Virus record (IMG/VR): IMGVR_UViG_3300006947_000062 | Location: 1-28,582 of that record | DNA length: 28,582 nucleotides | Direction: 5' to 3' (one strand) | Source of the DNA: a virus | Taxonomy: Duplodnaviria; Caudoviricetes | In this document: positions 19,401-26,321 of the stretch, piece after piece | Position numbering within the stretch: the first letter of the stretch is position 1 | How the letters are laid out: every line of letters begins with the position of its first letter | The notes under the pieces: model-generated | Seen by the model: only the letters and a program-made list of their open reading frames with translations | Told to the model about the DNA's origin: nothing | Databases searched by the model: none | Position numbers and translations under genes: made by a program

Positions 19401-19827
19401 AATTTCAATCAATTCTGTCTCAATAAATAGCGTTGATGAAAGTCAGTGGATTAATGATCCAGCATGGAATCCATTTGCAACTACATTGACCTTTGTACCT
19501 ACATTAACAGATGAATCAACCAACAACTCAAAGCAATTTACACTTGATACATCCATAACTGATGGCGGTTTTGATGGTCGTAGTTTACATGGTCAAGTTG
19601 TTGTTAATGATACACAAGCAGAAGCTCCAAATGCTGGAATCATATTCCTAAAACAACCAGAATTTTTGGAGGGATTTTATAGTGTAGAGATTCGTGGCTA
19701 TCTTGGCACATATTACAGAGTTCTTGGAAAAGGCATGGCACACCTTCAGAGAGCTTTAGGGGAGGACGGATACAACAGATTCGAATCATACAATGATAAA
19801 GTAACATACAAGGCTTATGAAGAATAA
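16411..19827 (+). CDS. Giant virion protein with eight CBM/galactose-binding-like beta-sandwich repeats (putative adhesin/receptor-binding appendage)
   Basis: Repeated ELVTNGDF-type openers and eight ~105-125-aa bodies that start with W and end in N(I/V)SVKE(L/V)-like strands; non-repeat N- and C-terminal ends. Confidence 0.75.
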   Translation: MIQLTKGTNTLDINLSDFSGASDELVQNGQFTDIGPNTVNNGSFNETAAVNLLNPNFNDIGSELVTNGDFSAVPLGSELILDGNFPSPNERWSNETGWSIGSNVASYNGTSANNAISQNRGVIIAGKTYRLSFTVSNYQSGTLVGALSSGSLTGNTPDITANGAYSFDIVSTGVLCIFRSTSSFLGSIGNVSVKEVLNIVTNGDFSEIGTQLVTNGDFSGVTEYVGTWSTIGTGWTLSGSNLIGSSGTTENLQTIFATAVSRTLRLSYEITNYSSGQVAMLMDGESKTFESANGIYTRIITTTSQILEIDGRDSDPFTGTITNISVKELGEGWTATNAVLSFANSQMTVDDSGDAGDDSRGTQIITTEVGKIYNLSYNRISTTGFFYLAVGSNDTDSDGYKNIFYENLGASTGVYTLQFTALSTTTYIGLITSGISASVYSDVSVKEVGQNWTPSTSLDGNIQFTAQGLKISNGASNGQAKVTQPSIFENGKTYKFKYKIVAYNGGDIGLAGESSAMSRIPGDHVEYLTRSGDTTDFVLGKANDNTDVTVTNISVQELGTDWTLQDGWSIGEDKAVCDGSQTAQSSLFQLGIVPKFKSYKVVFDIVVDAGSMIVAVGGSNAQPTITSTNTYTYYTQATQGDPNLYFSAQTNFVGSVTNVTAKEVGQNWTVQQPAGQLVTFPNSTLKIEYDSTQTQGSTGVYQDILTIGKNYKIVLSVILVTGTFKIQVGSKQKDITTSGIHEFYTEAESDRLFIVRRQNSLSVTAVVDTVSVTELDPNSYWNIPDPATTQIATNKVEITNGIGAVITQSGTESSQYFRMQFTVLDYVSGGVKGFVSNNLASSYAESDGVKIQYIQGGGNGTLFALFCNAFTGNVTNIQLNLLDPNSRWIPYTVAASKVVFKFAEVDLEISALGDDVGIIQTGIIKPKKIYIISISMKATAALNVEIATSTLSVISEVIATQAITTSFVEYSFEFIPTSTTTKDFLIHRSLGSGNGETISINSVSINSVDESQWINDPAWNPFATTLTFVPTLTDESTNNSKQFTLDTSITDGGFDGRSLHGQVVVNDTQAEAPNAGIIFLKQPEFLEGFYSVEIRGYLGTYYRVLGKGMAHLQRALGEDGYNRFESYNDKVTYKAYEE

Positions 19828-21676
19828 TAAAAGCGAATTTTCAGTAATGGGAATGCCAGTGCACGACATTCCACAATTTGAGGAGGTACAAGGCAAGAAT
19901 TGGATCTCATATGGTTCAGATGATTGCTATGGTGATTATCTGGAGAGTTTATATCTTGGATCATCGATACATTCAGCAATTGTGAATGGTGTTGGAGCTA
20001 TGATATACGGCAAAGGATTGGATGCGGTTGAGAGAGATGATTCAGATGGCAATAAAGAGCAGTGGTTGAGACTTCAATCTCTATTGAATACCAGTGATGA
20101 TGAGTTGCTCAAGAAACTTGCTCTGGATTTGAAGTTGTATGGTCAATGTTATGTAAATACTATCTGGAACAAAGCGAGAACTTCAGTTGCTCAAATGAAA
20201 CACTTGCCAGTTCACACAATGAGAGCTGGAATTGCTGACAGTGAAGGAAAAATCCATGAATGGTATTATAAAAGCTCATGGAACAAATCAAATGACCGAG
20301 TGAGTCCAAATGTATTGAAGTCTTTTTCAAGTGAAGACAGAACAAATGCATCAACAGTGCTCCAAATCAAAAGATACTCACCTTCGTTTCACTATTACGG
20401 ACTTCCAGACAGCCAAGGATCAAACGGATATGTAGAACTGGACATCCAAGTGCAATCTTTTCATTTGAACAACATCTCTAACTCATTGATGCCCAGTATG
20501 ATGCTGAGTTTTTCCAATGGTATTCCAACAGATCAAGAGAGAGCAGATATTGAGCGCAAAGTGTATGAAAAATTCTCTGGAAGCAATAATGCTGGAAAGC
20601 TGTTGATTACGTTTAATGATGGGCCAGATACAGCTCCAAAGATTGAACCGATTGCAAGCAATGGATCAGATGATATGTACACATATTTGTCAGGGGAAAT
20701 CACAAACAAAGTTCTCACTGGTCACAGAATCACATCACCTCTTTTATTTGGTGTTTCTGGAAATTCAAATTGGGGTTCTTCGGCTGATGAATTAAATGAT
20801 TCATACAGTTTATTTCACAATACAGTTATTGAGGAATTTCAAGATATTTTGCTCAAAGGATTGAGTCCAGTATTTGTTGCAAATTCTATCAACCTTGATT
20901 TGTTTTTCATTCCTTCAAAACCAGCCAATTTCATAAATATTGATGAGGACACAACGGAGGTTGTAAAGCCAGTAAAAGAAGAAATGAAGTCAGCATCCTC
21001 TGAGGATAAAGAAGCGGTTGCAGAAGCTCTTATTGCGCTTGGTGAGGATGCACCTGATGGATATGAACTTATTGATGAGAGGAAAGTGGATTATGATGAC
21101 GAAGATCGGCTCGATGGAATGATTAATGGAGTGAATTTAGCTTCTGCAATTCCAGCCACAAGTGATCAATCAAAAGAACAAGACAATCCTCTGTTCAAAA
21201 TACGATATCAGTATGCTCCATTAAAGATTGATCAGATGCCATATCCAAGCAGAGATTTTTGTGTCAAGATGGTGAATGCTGCACGATTTTACACGAAAGA
21301 AAACATATACAAAGCTGGAAGAACATCTGTCAATGCTGGATGGGGGCCAAAGGGAGCATCTAAATATGATATATGGCTAAATAGCTGTGAATCAAATAGA
21401 TACGATATGTACAAAGGCGGTGGATCATGTGCTCATTATTGGAGCAGATTTACGTTCTTGAAAAAAGACAACAAAAAAATTACAGCAAAGCAAAGACAAG
21501 CCATAATAAATGCACTTGATCCAGCTGAAAGGAAAGCAGTTACACCAAAGAAGAATGATTCAAAGGTTGCAGAGAGGCCAAGAGACATGGATTATAGAGG
21601 GTTTTTACCTTCAAACAAAGCAGCGAAAAACATTAGAACTGATAGAAATCCAAAACCAAAAAAAGAAGACAATTAA
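19817..21676 (+). CDS. Portal protein with long C-terminal extension
   Basis: SSIHSAIVNG, DLKLYGQCY, FHLNNISNSLMPSMML, KFSGSNNAGK, GHRITSPLLFG; core about 375 aa plus about 245 aa of extra domain. Confidence 0.88.
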   Translation: MKNNKSEFSVMGMPVHDIPQFEEVQGKNWISYGSDDCYGDYLESLYLGSSIHSAIVNGVGAMIYGKGLDAVERDDSDGNKEQWLRLQSLLNTSDDELLKKLALDLKLYGQCYVNTIWNKARTSVAQMKHLPVHTMRAGIADSEGKIHEWYYKSSWNKSNDRVSPNVLKSFSSEDRTNASTVLQIKRYSPSFHYYGLPDSQGSNGYVELDIQVQSFHLNNISNSLMPSMMLSFSNGIPTDQERADIERKVYEKFSGSNNAGKLLITFNDGPDTAPKIEPIASNGSDDMYTYLSGEITNKVLTGHRITSPLLFGVSGNSNWGSSADELNDSYSLFHNTVIEEFQDILLKGLSPVFVANSINLDLFFIPSKPANFINIDEDTTEVVKPVKEEMKSASSEDKEAVAEALIALGEDAPDGYELIDERKVDYDDEDRLDGMINGVNLASAIPATSDQSKEQDNPLFKIRYQYAPLKIDQMPYPSRDFCVKMVNAARFYTKENIYKAGRTSVNAGWGPKGASKYDIWLNSCESNRYDMYKGGGSCAHYWSRFTFLKKDNKKITAKQRQAIINALDPAERKAVTPKKNDSKVAERPRDMDYRGFLPSNKAAKNIRTDRNPKPKKEDN

Positions 21677-21678
21677 TC

Positions 21679-22257
21679 ATGGCAAGTACAACAATCGTAT
21701 TAGTATCTCCAGCGAGAGTTCAGAGAGATACAGCACTTGGAGGATCAGTTGATCCAAATGTCTTATTTCCAGCAATTTTAAATGCTCAAGAAAAATGGAT
21801 CTTGCCAGTGGTAGGGACAGATTTATTTGATAAGATAAAAACACTGATTTCTGCTGATGAAATTGACAATGTTGGAAATGAAAAATATGCAACTTTGCTC
21901 AATACATACATCATTCCATGTTTGGTTCAATTTAGCTTCATGGAGGTGATACCAGTGCTTCGTGTGAGGTTCGTGAACAATGCAGTTGTTGCCATGAATA
22001 CTGAGCAAGGTGGATCTGTATCATATGATGATATTAAACCTCTAATATCAACAGCCAGAGATATTGCGTCATGGTATAAAGAAAGATTAATTGACTACCT
22101 ATGCGCAAACTCAACTCTGTATCCAGAATATACAAGCAATTCATTTCCAGATGTGCAACCATCTTCAACAAATTACACTCAAGGATTAAATGTAGAGAGA
22201 ACTTACAGAGACGAAGATCAAGCACTTTTAAACATGATTCTTGGCCCAAGAAGATGA
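21679..22257 (+). CDS. Putative head-tail adaptor/connector protein
   Basis: 192-aa helical protein directly after the portal gene; AQEKWILPVVGTDLF, RLIDYLCANSTLYPEY. Confidence 0.6.
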   Translation: MASTTIVLVSPARVQRDTALGGSVDPNVLFPAILNAQEKWILPVVGTDLFDKIKTLISADEIDNVGNEKYATLLNTYIIPCLVQFSFMEVIPVLRVRFVNNAVVAMNTEQGGSVSYDDIKPLISTARDIASWYKERLIDYLCANSTLYPEYTSNSFPDVQPSSTNYTQGLNVERTYRDEDQALLNMILGPRR

Positions 22258-22397
22258 AACCAAACAAGCGCACCAGAGCTAATATCAGAAAATTAAAGAA
22301 ATATATTAAGAAACATGGCAACCAAGAAAGTTACACAATTAGCAACAGCGACAAGTGCAGATGCAGCGGATCTTGTGATGATTGTAGATGTAAGTGA
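22254..22397 (+). CDS. Small basic, Cys-tailed overlapping ORF (47 aa)
   Basis: ATGA-coupled to the adaptor gene; MKPNKRTRANIRKLKKYIKKHG...KCRCSGSCDDCRCK; overlaps the next gene by 83 nt. Confidence 0.4.
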   Translation: MKPNKRTRANIRKLKKYIKKHGNQESYTISNSDKCRCSGSCDDCRCK

Positions 22398-22869
22398 CAC
22401 AGCGATGTCACCAGAGGGCACGAATAAAAAAATCACAAAAGCAAATCTGATAACTGGTGGAGGAAGCAGTGACGAATTTTTCACTGTGAATGGTGCTTGT
22501 TTTATTGGACAAACATCTGAAAGAGCAATTCCATTTGGATCTACAACAGCAGAATCTACAGTCTTCACATATACAAATGTTTTTGCAATACCTAAAAATT
22601 GTCGTTTGGTATCTGTCACATCTGCAAGTCAAGTGAATGGTGGATCTGTTGACTTGAAACCATACAAACCAACTTCAGATATCAACTTATCTAATTTTAC
22701 AGCACTTGGAACTGTAAACGTTGCAAGCCATACCAACTCAGGAACACACACATTCACCTTCAATACATCAACATTCGATTATGTTGTTGGTGACAGATTC
22801 GGAATTTCAGTCACTCCATCTTCAAACATGAGTGGATTCCGTTACACTTGTTTATTTAAAATGACATGA
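22315..22869 (+). CDS. Short fibre/virion accessory protein
   Basis: N-terminal MATKKVTQL...DLVMIVD...NKKITKANL fibre-anchor-like motif, GGGS linker, then a beta-rich C-terminal domain. Confidence 0.6.
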   Translation: MATKKVTQLATATSADAADLVMIVDVSDTAMSPEGTNKKITKANLITGGGSSDEFFTVNGACFIGQTSERAIPFGSTTAESTVFTYTNVFAIPKNCRLVSVTSASQVNGGSVDLKPYKPTSDINLSNFTALGTVNVASHTNSGTHTFTFNTSTFDYVVGDRFGISVTPSSNMSGFRYTCLFKMT

Positions 22870-23006
22870 AAGATTATACAATCCCACAGATCTTACAAGA
22901 CTTTTGTTCAGAAGAAGAAATTGAACACCTACCAAATCATGAACACCTCATGGATGTGCTAGGAAGAATTTTGACAAAGATTGACAATTTAGAACGTAAA
23001 AAATAA
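22866..23006 (+). CDS. Small hypothetical protein (46 aa), not in the ORF track
   Basis: MKDYTIPQILQDFCSEEEIEHLPNHEHLMDVLGRILTKIDNLERKK; ATGA overlap upstream and TAATG overlap downstream. Confidence 0.6.
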   Translation: MKDYTIPQILQDFCSEEEIEHLPNHEHLMDVLGRILTKIDNLERKK

Positions 23007-23206
23007 TGGAAATTATTGCAGTTGGATTTTCTTGCTTTGTTGGAATCCTTGGAACGTGGATCAGGATGACAAACGATGTCACAAAAATCAAAGCACGAAT
23101 TTTCTCACTTGAAAAACAAGAGGGAGAAGTCAAATCCTTATTAAAGGAATTGTGTATTGGAATGCAAGAGATTAAAATCTTACTTGCTGAAAAAGGTATC
23201 AAATAA
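23006..23206 (+). CDS. Small membrane-anchored coiled-coil protein (holin/lysis accessory-like)
   Basis: N-terminal hydrophobic helix IIAVGFSCFVGILGTWI followed by a heptad pattern; at the end of the structural module. Confidence 0.55.
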   Translation: MEIIAVGFSCFVGILGTWIRMTNDVTKIKARIFSLEKQEGEVKSLLKELCIGMQEIKILLAEKGIK

Positions 23207-23221
23207 ATAAAATCATATATC

Positions 23222-23383
23222 ATGGAATTTTTAACATTAAACTGGTCAATAATTGCACTTGCACTTATCACAGCTGCAAGCACACTAACAGCTTTAACTG
23301 AAACAAAAAAAGATGACAAAATTGTAAATATCTTGAGAAGGATTTTGCAAGCTGTTGTGATGGGCAAAAATAGAAAGGGATAA
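23222..23383 (+). CDS. Putative holin (53 aa), not in the ORF track
   Basis: MEFLTLNWSIIALALITAASTLTALTETKKDDKIVNILRRILQAVVMGKNRKG: one TM helix, TxTKKDD turn, basic C-terminus. Confidence 0.6.
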   Translation: MEFLTLNWSIIALALITAASTLTALTETKKDDKIVNILRRILQAVVMGKNRKG

Positions 23384-23389
23384 AGCCCA

Positions 23390-23482
23390 ATGAAAAAAAC
23401 TGAGGAATACATCTGGACTTCAAATCAGACATTTCACTCTGGATTCATTTCAGCGGTTGTGTTCACTTATATTTCTAAATGA
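23390..23482 (+). CDS. Possible 30-aa micro-ORF
   Basis: MKKTEEYIWTSNQTFHSGFISAVVFTYISK; fills the gap and ends in an ATGA overlap with the phosphoesterase start. Confidence 0.35.
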   Translation: MKKTEEYIWTSNQTFHSGFISAVVFTYISK

Positions 23483-24177
23483 GACCTAGACTATCAGGAA
23501 AAAGATTGAAGGCCTTTAAACGGCTTATAAAGGACGAGAGAAGAATCTTGGTGATAGGTGACGTTCATGCACCCTATACCAAAACGGGATATTTAGAGTT
23601 CTGTAAGAGATGCTTTGCAGAGCATAATTGCAATCAAGTTATTTTCATAGGTGACTTGGCCGATCACCAATATTCCTCGTTCCATGATTCAAATCCTGAT
23701 CTTGCTGGTGGTAAAGATGAACTTGAATATGCAATTGCAGAAATTCAAAAGTGGCGTGATGCTTTTCCAGTTGCTGATGTCATAATTGGCAATCATGATC
23801 GGATCATTGCCAGAAAGATGTTCAAAGCTGGTATCCCATCACAATGGATGAAATCATACAATGAAGTGCTTGGAACTGATTGGAACTGGACAGAGCGCAT
23901 TGTGTACGATGGAGTGCAGTATGTGCATGGTGAAGGTGGAACTGCATCAACAAAGGCAAAGAATGACATGATGAGCACTGTTCAAGGCCATATACACACT
24001 CAATGCTATGTGCAGTGGTTTTCTGGACAGAAAAGAGTGTTTTCCATGCAGGCTGGATCGGGCGTTGATCGTGATAGTATGGCGATGTCATATGCAAAGG
24101 CATACAAATTTCAGCAATTAGCGTGTGGTATCGTTATAGGTGGCCACACAGCATTCAATGTCATGATGCCATTGTAA
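23479..24177 (+). CDS. Calcineurin-like metallophosphoesterase
   Basis: All five metal-binding motifs: IGDVH, GDLAD, GNHD, YVHG, GHIH. Confidence 0.92.
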   Translation: MRPRLSGKRLKAFKRLIKDERRILVIGDVHAPYTKTGYLEFCKRCFAEHNCNQVIFIGDLADHQYSSFHDSNPDLAGGKDELEYAIAEIQKWRDAFPVADVIIGNHDRIIARKMFKAGIPSQWMKSYNEVLGTDWNWTERIVYDGVQYVHGEGGTASTKAKNDMMSTVQGHIHTQCYVQWFSGQKRVFSMQAGSGVDRDSMAMSYAKAYKFQQLACGIVIGGHTAFNVMMPL

Positions 24178-24303
24178 CAAATAGAAAGAGAGCTACAGAA
24201 AGCAAGGTTTTCAATCCTCATTTTGGTGCAGCTCTCAACTAAACAGATAACAAACTGAATGGAAACAGCAGAAATCTGGTCAAATATACATCTAAATTTA
24301 ATC

Positions 24304-24329
24304 AACTCACTTCATGTGGGTTTTTTTTT
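24304..24329 (+). terminator. Rho-independent terminator closing the late region
   Basis: Stem AACTCAC / GTGGGTT, loop TTCAT, T9 tract at 24321-24329. Confidence 0.7.
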
Positions 24330-24389
24330 GCTCTAAATTCTCCAGTAAACACTAGGAAATCAAAGAAAGATTAAAGAAAATACAACAGT

Positions 24390-24423
24390 TTTGTAAAAGG
24401 GTACAAGTAAACGTGTATCTTTG
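24390..24423 (+). promoter_or_regulatory. Bacteroidota housekeeping-type early promoter (TTTG ... TATCTTTG)
   Basis: TATCTTTG at 24416-24423 matches TAnnTTTG. TTTG at 24390-24393 gives a 22-nt spacer, slightly long. AT-rich upstream region; heads the small-gene cluster. Confidence 0.65.
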
Positions 24424-24427
24424 GAGT

Positions 24428-24646
24428 ATGAATAACGCAAACAACAACAAAATGAAAAATTCTAAATTAACAACAACACAAAAAATATTTGTGGAAACTC
24501 TAAAGGAATACACTATAAAAACTGGTCATGGTTTTACAGCTCAAACAAATAGAGCAAGAACAATAGAATCATTAATAAAAAAGGGTGTTATTAAGTTGGT
24601 AGAAAGTCCATTTTGCAAAGGCAATGAGTTAGTAGAATTAATTTAG
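24428..24646 (+). CDS. Early hypothetical protein (possible winged-helix)
   Basis: LTTTQK...RTIESLIKKGVIKLV; start at ATG 24428 or 24452 because the track start 24413 overlaps the promoter. Confidence 0.6.
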   Translation: MNNANNNKMKNSKLTTTQKIFVETLKEYTIKTGHGFTAQTNRARTIESLIKKGVIKLVESPFCKGNELVELI

Positions 24647-24647
24647 T

Positions 24648-24779
24648 ATGAACATTCAAGACTTTTTAACTCCAGAGCAATACGAAGAACAATTGCAAGA
24701 ATATAACAAACTGGTAAAAAATAATGAAATCACATTTTTTCAATTTTTAACTGAAACCTATAAAATCAAATCAAAATGA
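24648..24779 (+). CDS. Early hypothetical protein (43 aa), not in the ORF track
   Basis: MNIQDFLTPEQYEEQLQEYNKLVKNNEITFFQFLTETYKIKSK; fills the gap, with ATGA overlap downstream. Confidence 0.55.
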   Translation: MNIQDFLTPEQYEEQLQEYNKLVKNNEITFFQFLTETYKIKSK

Positions 24780-24988
24780 AAACAGATCTAAAAGACAAAC
24801 TTCAGTATCTAAGACAAGAAGCAGAGAAAGAGGTTGTGTACTATCGCAACCGAATGATTGAAGCAGAAGAAGAAGGAGCTGGAAAATTTAGCTTTGAGTT
24901 TTATCAATCTAAACACAGCGAATCAAAAGCATATCTATCTGGCATGATGGACACACTGAATGCAATATCTCAACATCAAGCAGAATGA
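24776..24988 (+). CDS. Early hypothetical protein
   Basis: 70-aa ORF coupled to both neighbours. Confidence 0.65.
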   Translation: MKTDLKDKLQYLRQEAEKEVVYYRNRMIEAEEEGAGKFSFEFYQSKHSESKAYLSGMMDTLNAISQHQAE

Positions 24989-25158
24989 AGGATCAGTTGA
25001 TTCATATGCTCACAAGACTGGACACAGCATGTTACAGATGCACTCCATCTGGGCCTTATGAACATGAACAGCCCAAGTTCAGATCTGATCTATATGATGT
25101 TTACAATAAACTCAGTGAGGCGGATCTTGAAACATTAATTAATATCAGAACAAAGTAA
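24985..25158 (+). CDS. Early hypothetical protein (57 aa), not in the ORF track
   Basis: MKDQLIHMLTRLDTACYRCTPSGPYEHEQPKFRSDLYDVYNKLSEADLETLINIRTK; ATGA overlap; CxxC motif. Confidence 0.55.
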   Translation: MKDQLIHMLTRLDTACYRCTPSGPYEHEQPKFRSDLYDVYNKLSEADLETLINIRTK

Positions 25159-25205
25159 TACTTTGTAAATGTATTTGTATCTTCACCATCTAAACAGACA
25201 CAAAA

Positions 25206-25457
25206 ATGAACTTAACAGAAACAACCAGAATCCTCAAGAGAATCTTGGAACAGACTGAATACTCTATTGAGTACAATGGTAAGAGGCTTGAGGATGCGAA
25301 GAATGAAAGCATCAAGGATTCCAGCACTAAGATGTGGATTGAAGCGAATGAGGAAAGGATGATTAGATTCAATGAAGAAGTTGATGCTCTCAGACAAGCT
25401 CTCAGAAACACACAAAGACAGAGAGAATATGAAGATTGGACAAATAAGAATTTTTAA
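25206..25457 (+). CDS. Early hypothetical coiled-coil protein
   Basis: 83-aa ORF with an A-rich leader. Confidence 0.65.
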   Translation: MNLTETTRILKRILEQTEYSIEYNGKRLEDAKNESIKDSSTKMWIEANEERMIRFNEEVDALRQALRNTQRQREYEDWTNKNF

Positions 25458-25474
25458 CCCCTAAAACATAAAAC

Positions 25475-25726
25475 ATGGGAATCAAGAAAAGCGAGTTGAA
25501 GCAACTCCAAAATAATGCTTCAAACATGGTCAAAATCTTAACGGATTTCACAAAGGAAACTGGCAAGATGTCACAGATAGCCATGAAGCTCACAGAACGA
25601 GCTGAGACAAGTCAAAAGAAGTCCTCAATTAAGATGGCACAAGACATGAATGATGTGATGATTGAACTCTCAACATCACTTTCAATAATCGGATCAGCTT
25701 TACAGAAAGCATTAAAAATTAAATAA
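25475..25726 (+). CDS. Early hypothetical helical protein
   Basis: 83-aa ORF with an A-rich leader. Confidence 0.65.
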   Translation: MGIKKSELKQLQNNASNMVKILTDFTKETGKMSQIAMKLTERAETSQKKSSIKMAQDMNDVMIELSTSLSIIGSALQKALKIK

Positions 25727-25735
25727 ACTAAACAG

Positions 25736-26140
25736 ATGACAAATTTCAACACAGAGATTCACGACAAAGTGAAACTTTTATCAAGGGCAACAGAAACAAT
25801 CTTGAACACTAATATCAGAACATTAAGTGATGATAAGAAATTCAAGCGAAGAAATACCAGATGGAAGATGATGATGAGCATGCTCAACGGCTCTCACATG
25901 CTATTCAAAACAGTTTCTGATATGGTCACAACAGAAGTCAATCAAAGTGCTATTGTATTAGACCTGATTGATTCATTAGACAATACATTCATTACATGCA
26001 ATTCATACGGAGTGAGTTTTGATGGAACTGATGAACTCATGTCTGCATGGAACTCTGGACACAAATGGTGTTTAAAGCAAGAAGGGAACATGAAAACTGT
26101 TTCACCTAAGAATGTACTAAATCTATTTGAGAATGAATAA
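25736..26140 (+). CDS. Hypothetical protein
   Basis: 134-aa ORF in the tightly packed early cluster. Confidence 0.7.
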   Translation: MTNFNTEIHDKVKLLSRATETILNTNIRTLSDDKKFKRRNTRWKMMMSMLNGSHMLFKTVSDMVTTEVNQSAIVLDLIDSLDNTFITCNSYGVSFDGTDELMSAWNSGHKWCLKQEGNMKTVSPKNVLNLFENE

Positions 26141-26321
26141 AGAAATAACCACAGAAACAGCTGCTTTATACATTCAGGATTATATTGAAAGCATCAATAC
26201 AGATGGTGTATTTGAGGAATCTAGAAAACACAGCGCACAACAATTCATTCAGTATCTTATTAACTGGCACGTAGAACCAGCTCAGAACGATTCTAAGCGC
26301 AACACAGAGCATAATGAATAA
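26133..26321 (+). CDS. Hypothetical protein
   Basis: About 62-aa ORF overlapping both neighbours by 8 nt; ATG 26133 preferred over TTG 26127. Confidence 0.6.
   Translation: MNKEITTETAALYIQDYIESINTDGVFEESRKHSAQQFIQYLINWHVEPAQNDSKRNTEHNE

Noticed and set aside
16411-19827. Diversity-generating retroelement or invertase shufflon acting on the adhesin
   Set aside because: No reverse transcriptase or site-specific recombinase gene, no ~100-bp template/variable repeat pair differing at adenines, and no inverted cassettes were seen.
9651-21752. Alternate-frame + strand ORFs 9651-9932, 14275-14595, 16652-16840, 21510-21752
   Set aside because: Wholly or almost wholly embedded in larger genes, with compositions explained by the main frame's codon bias.
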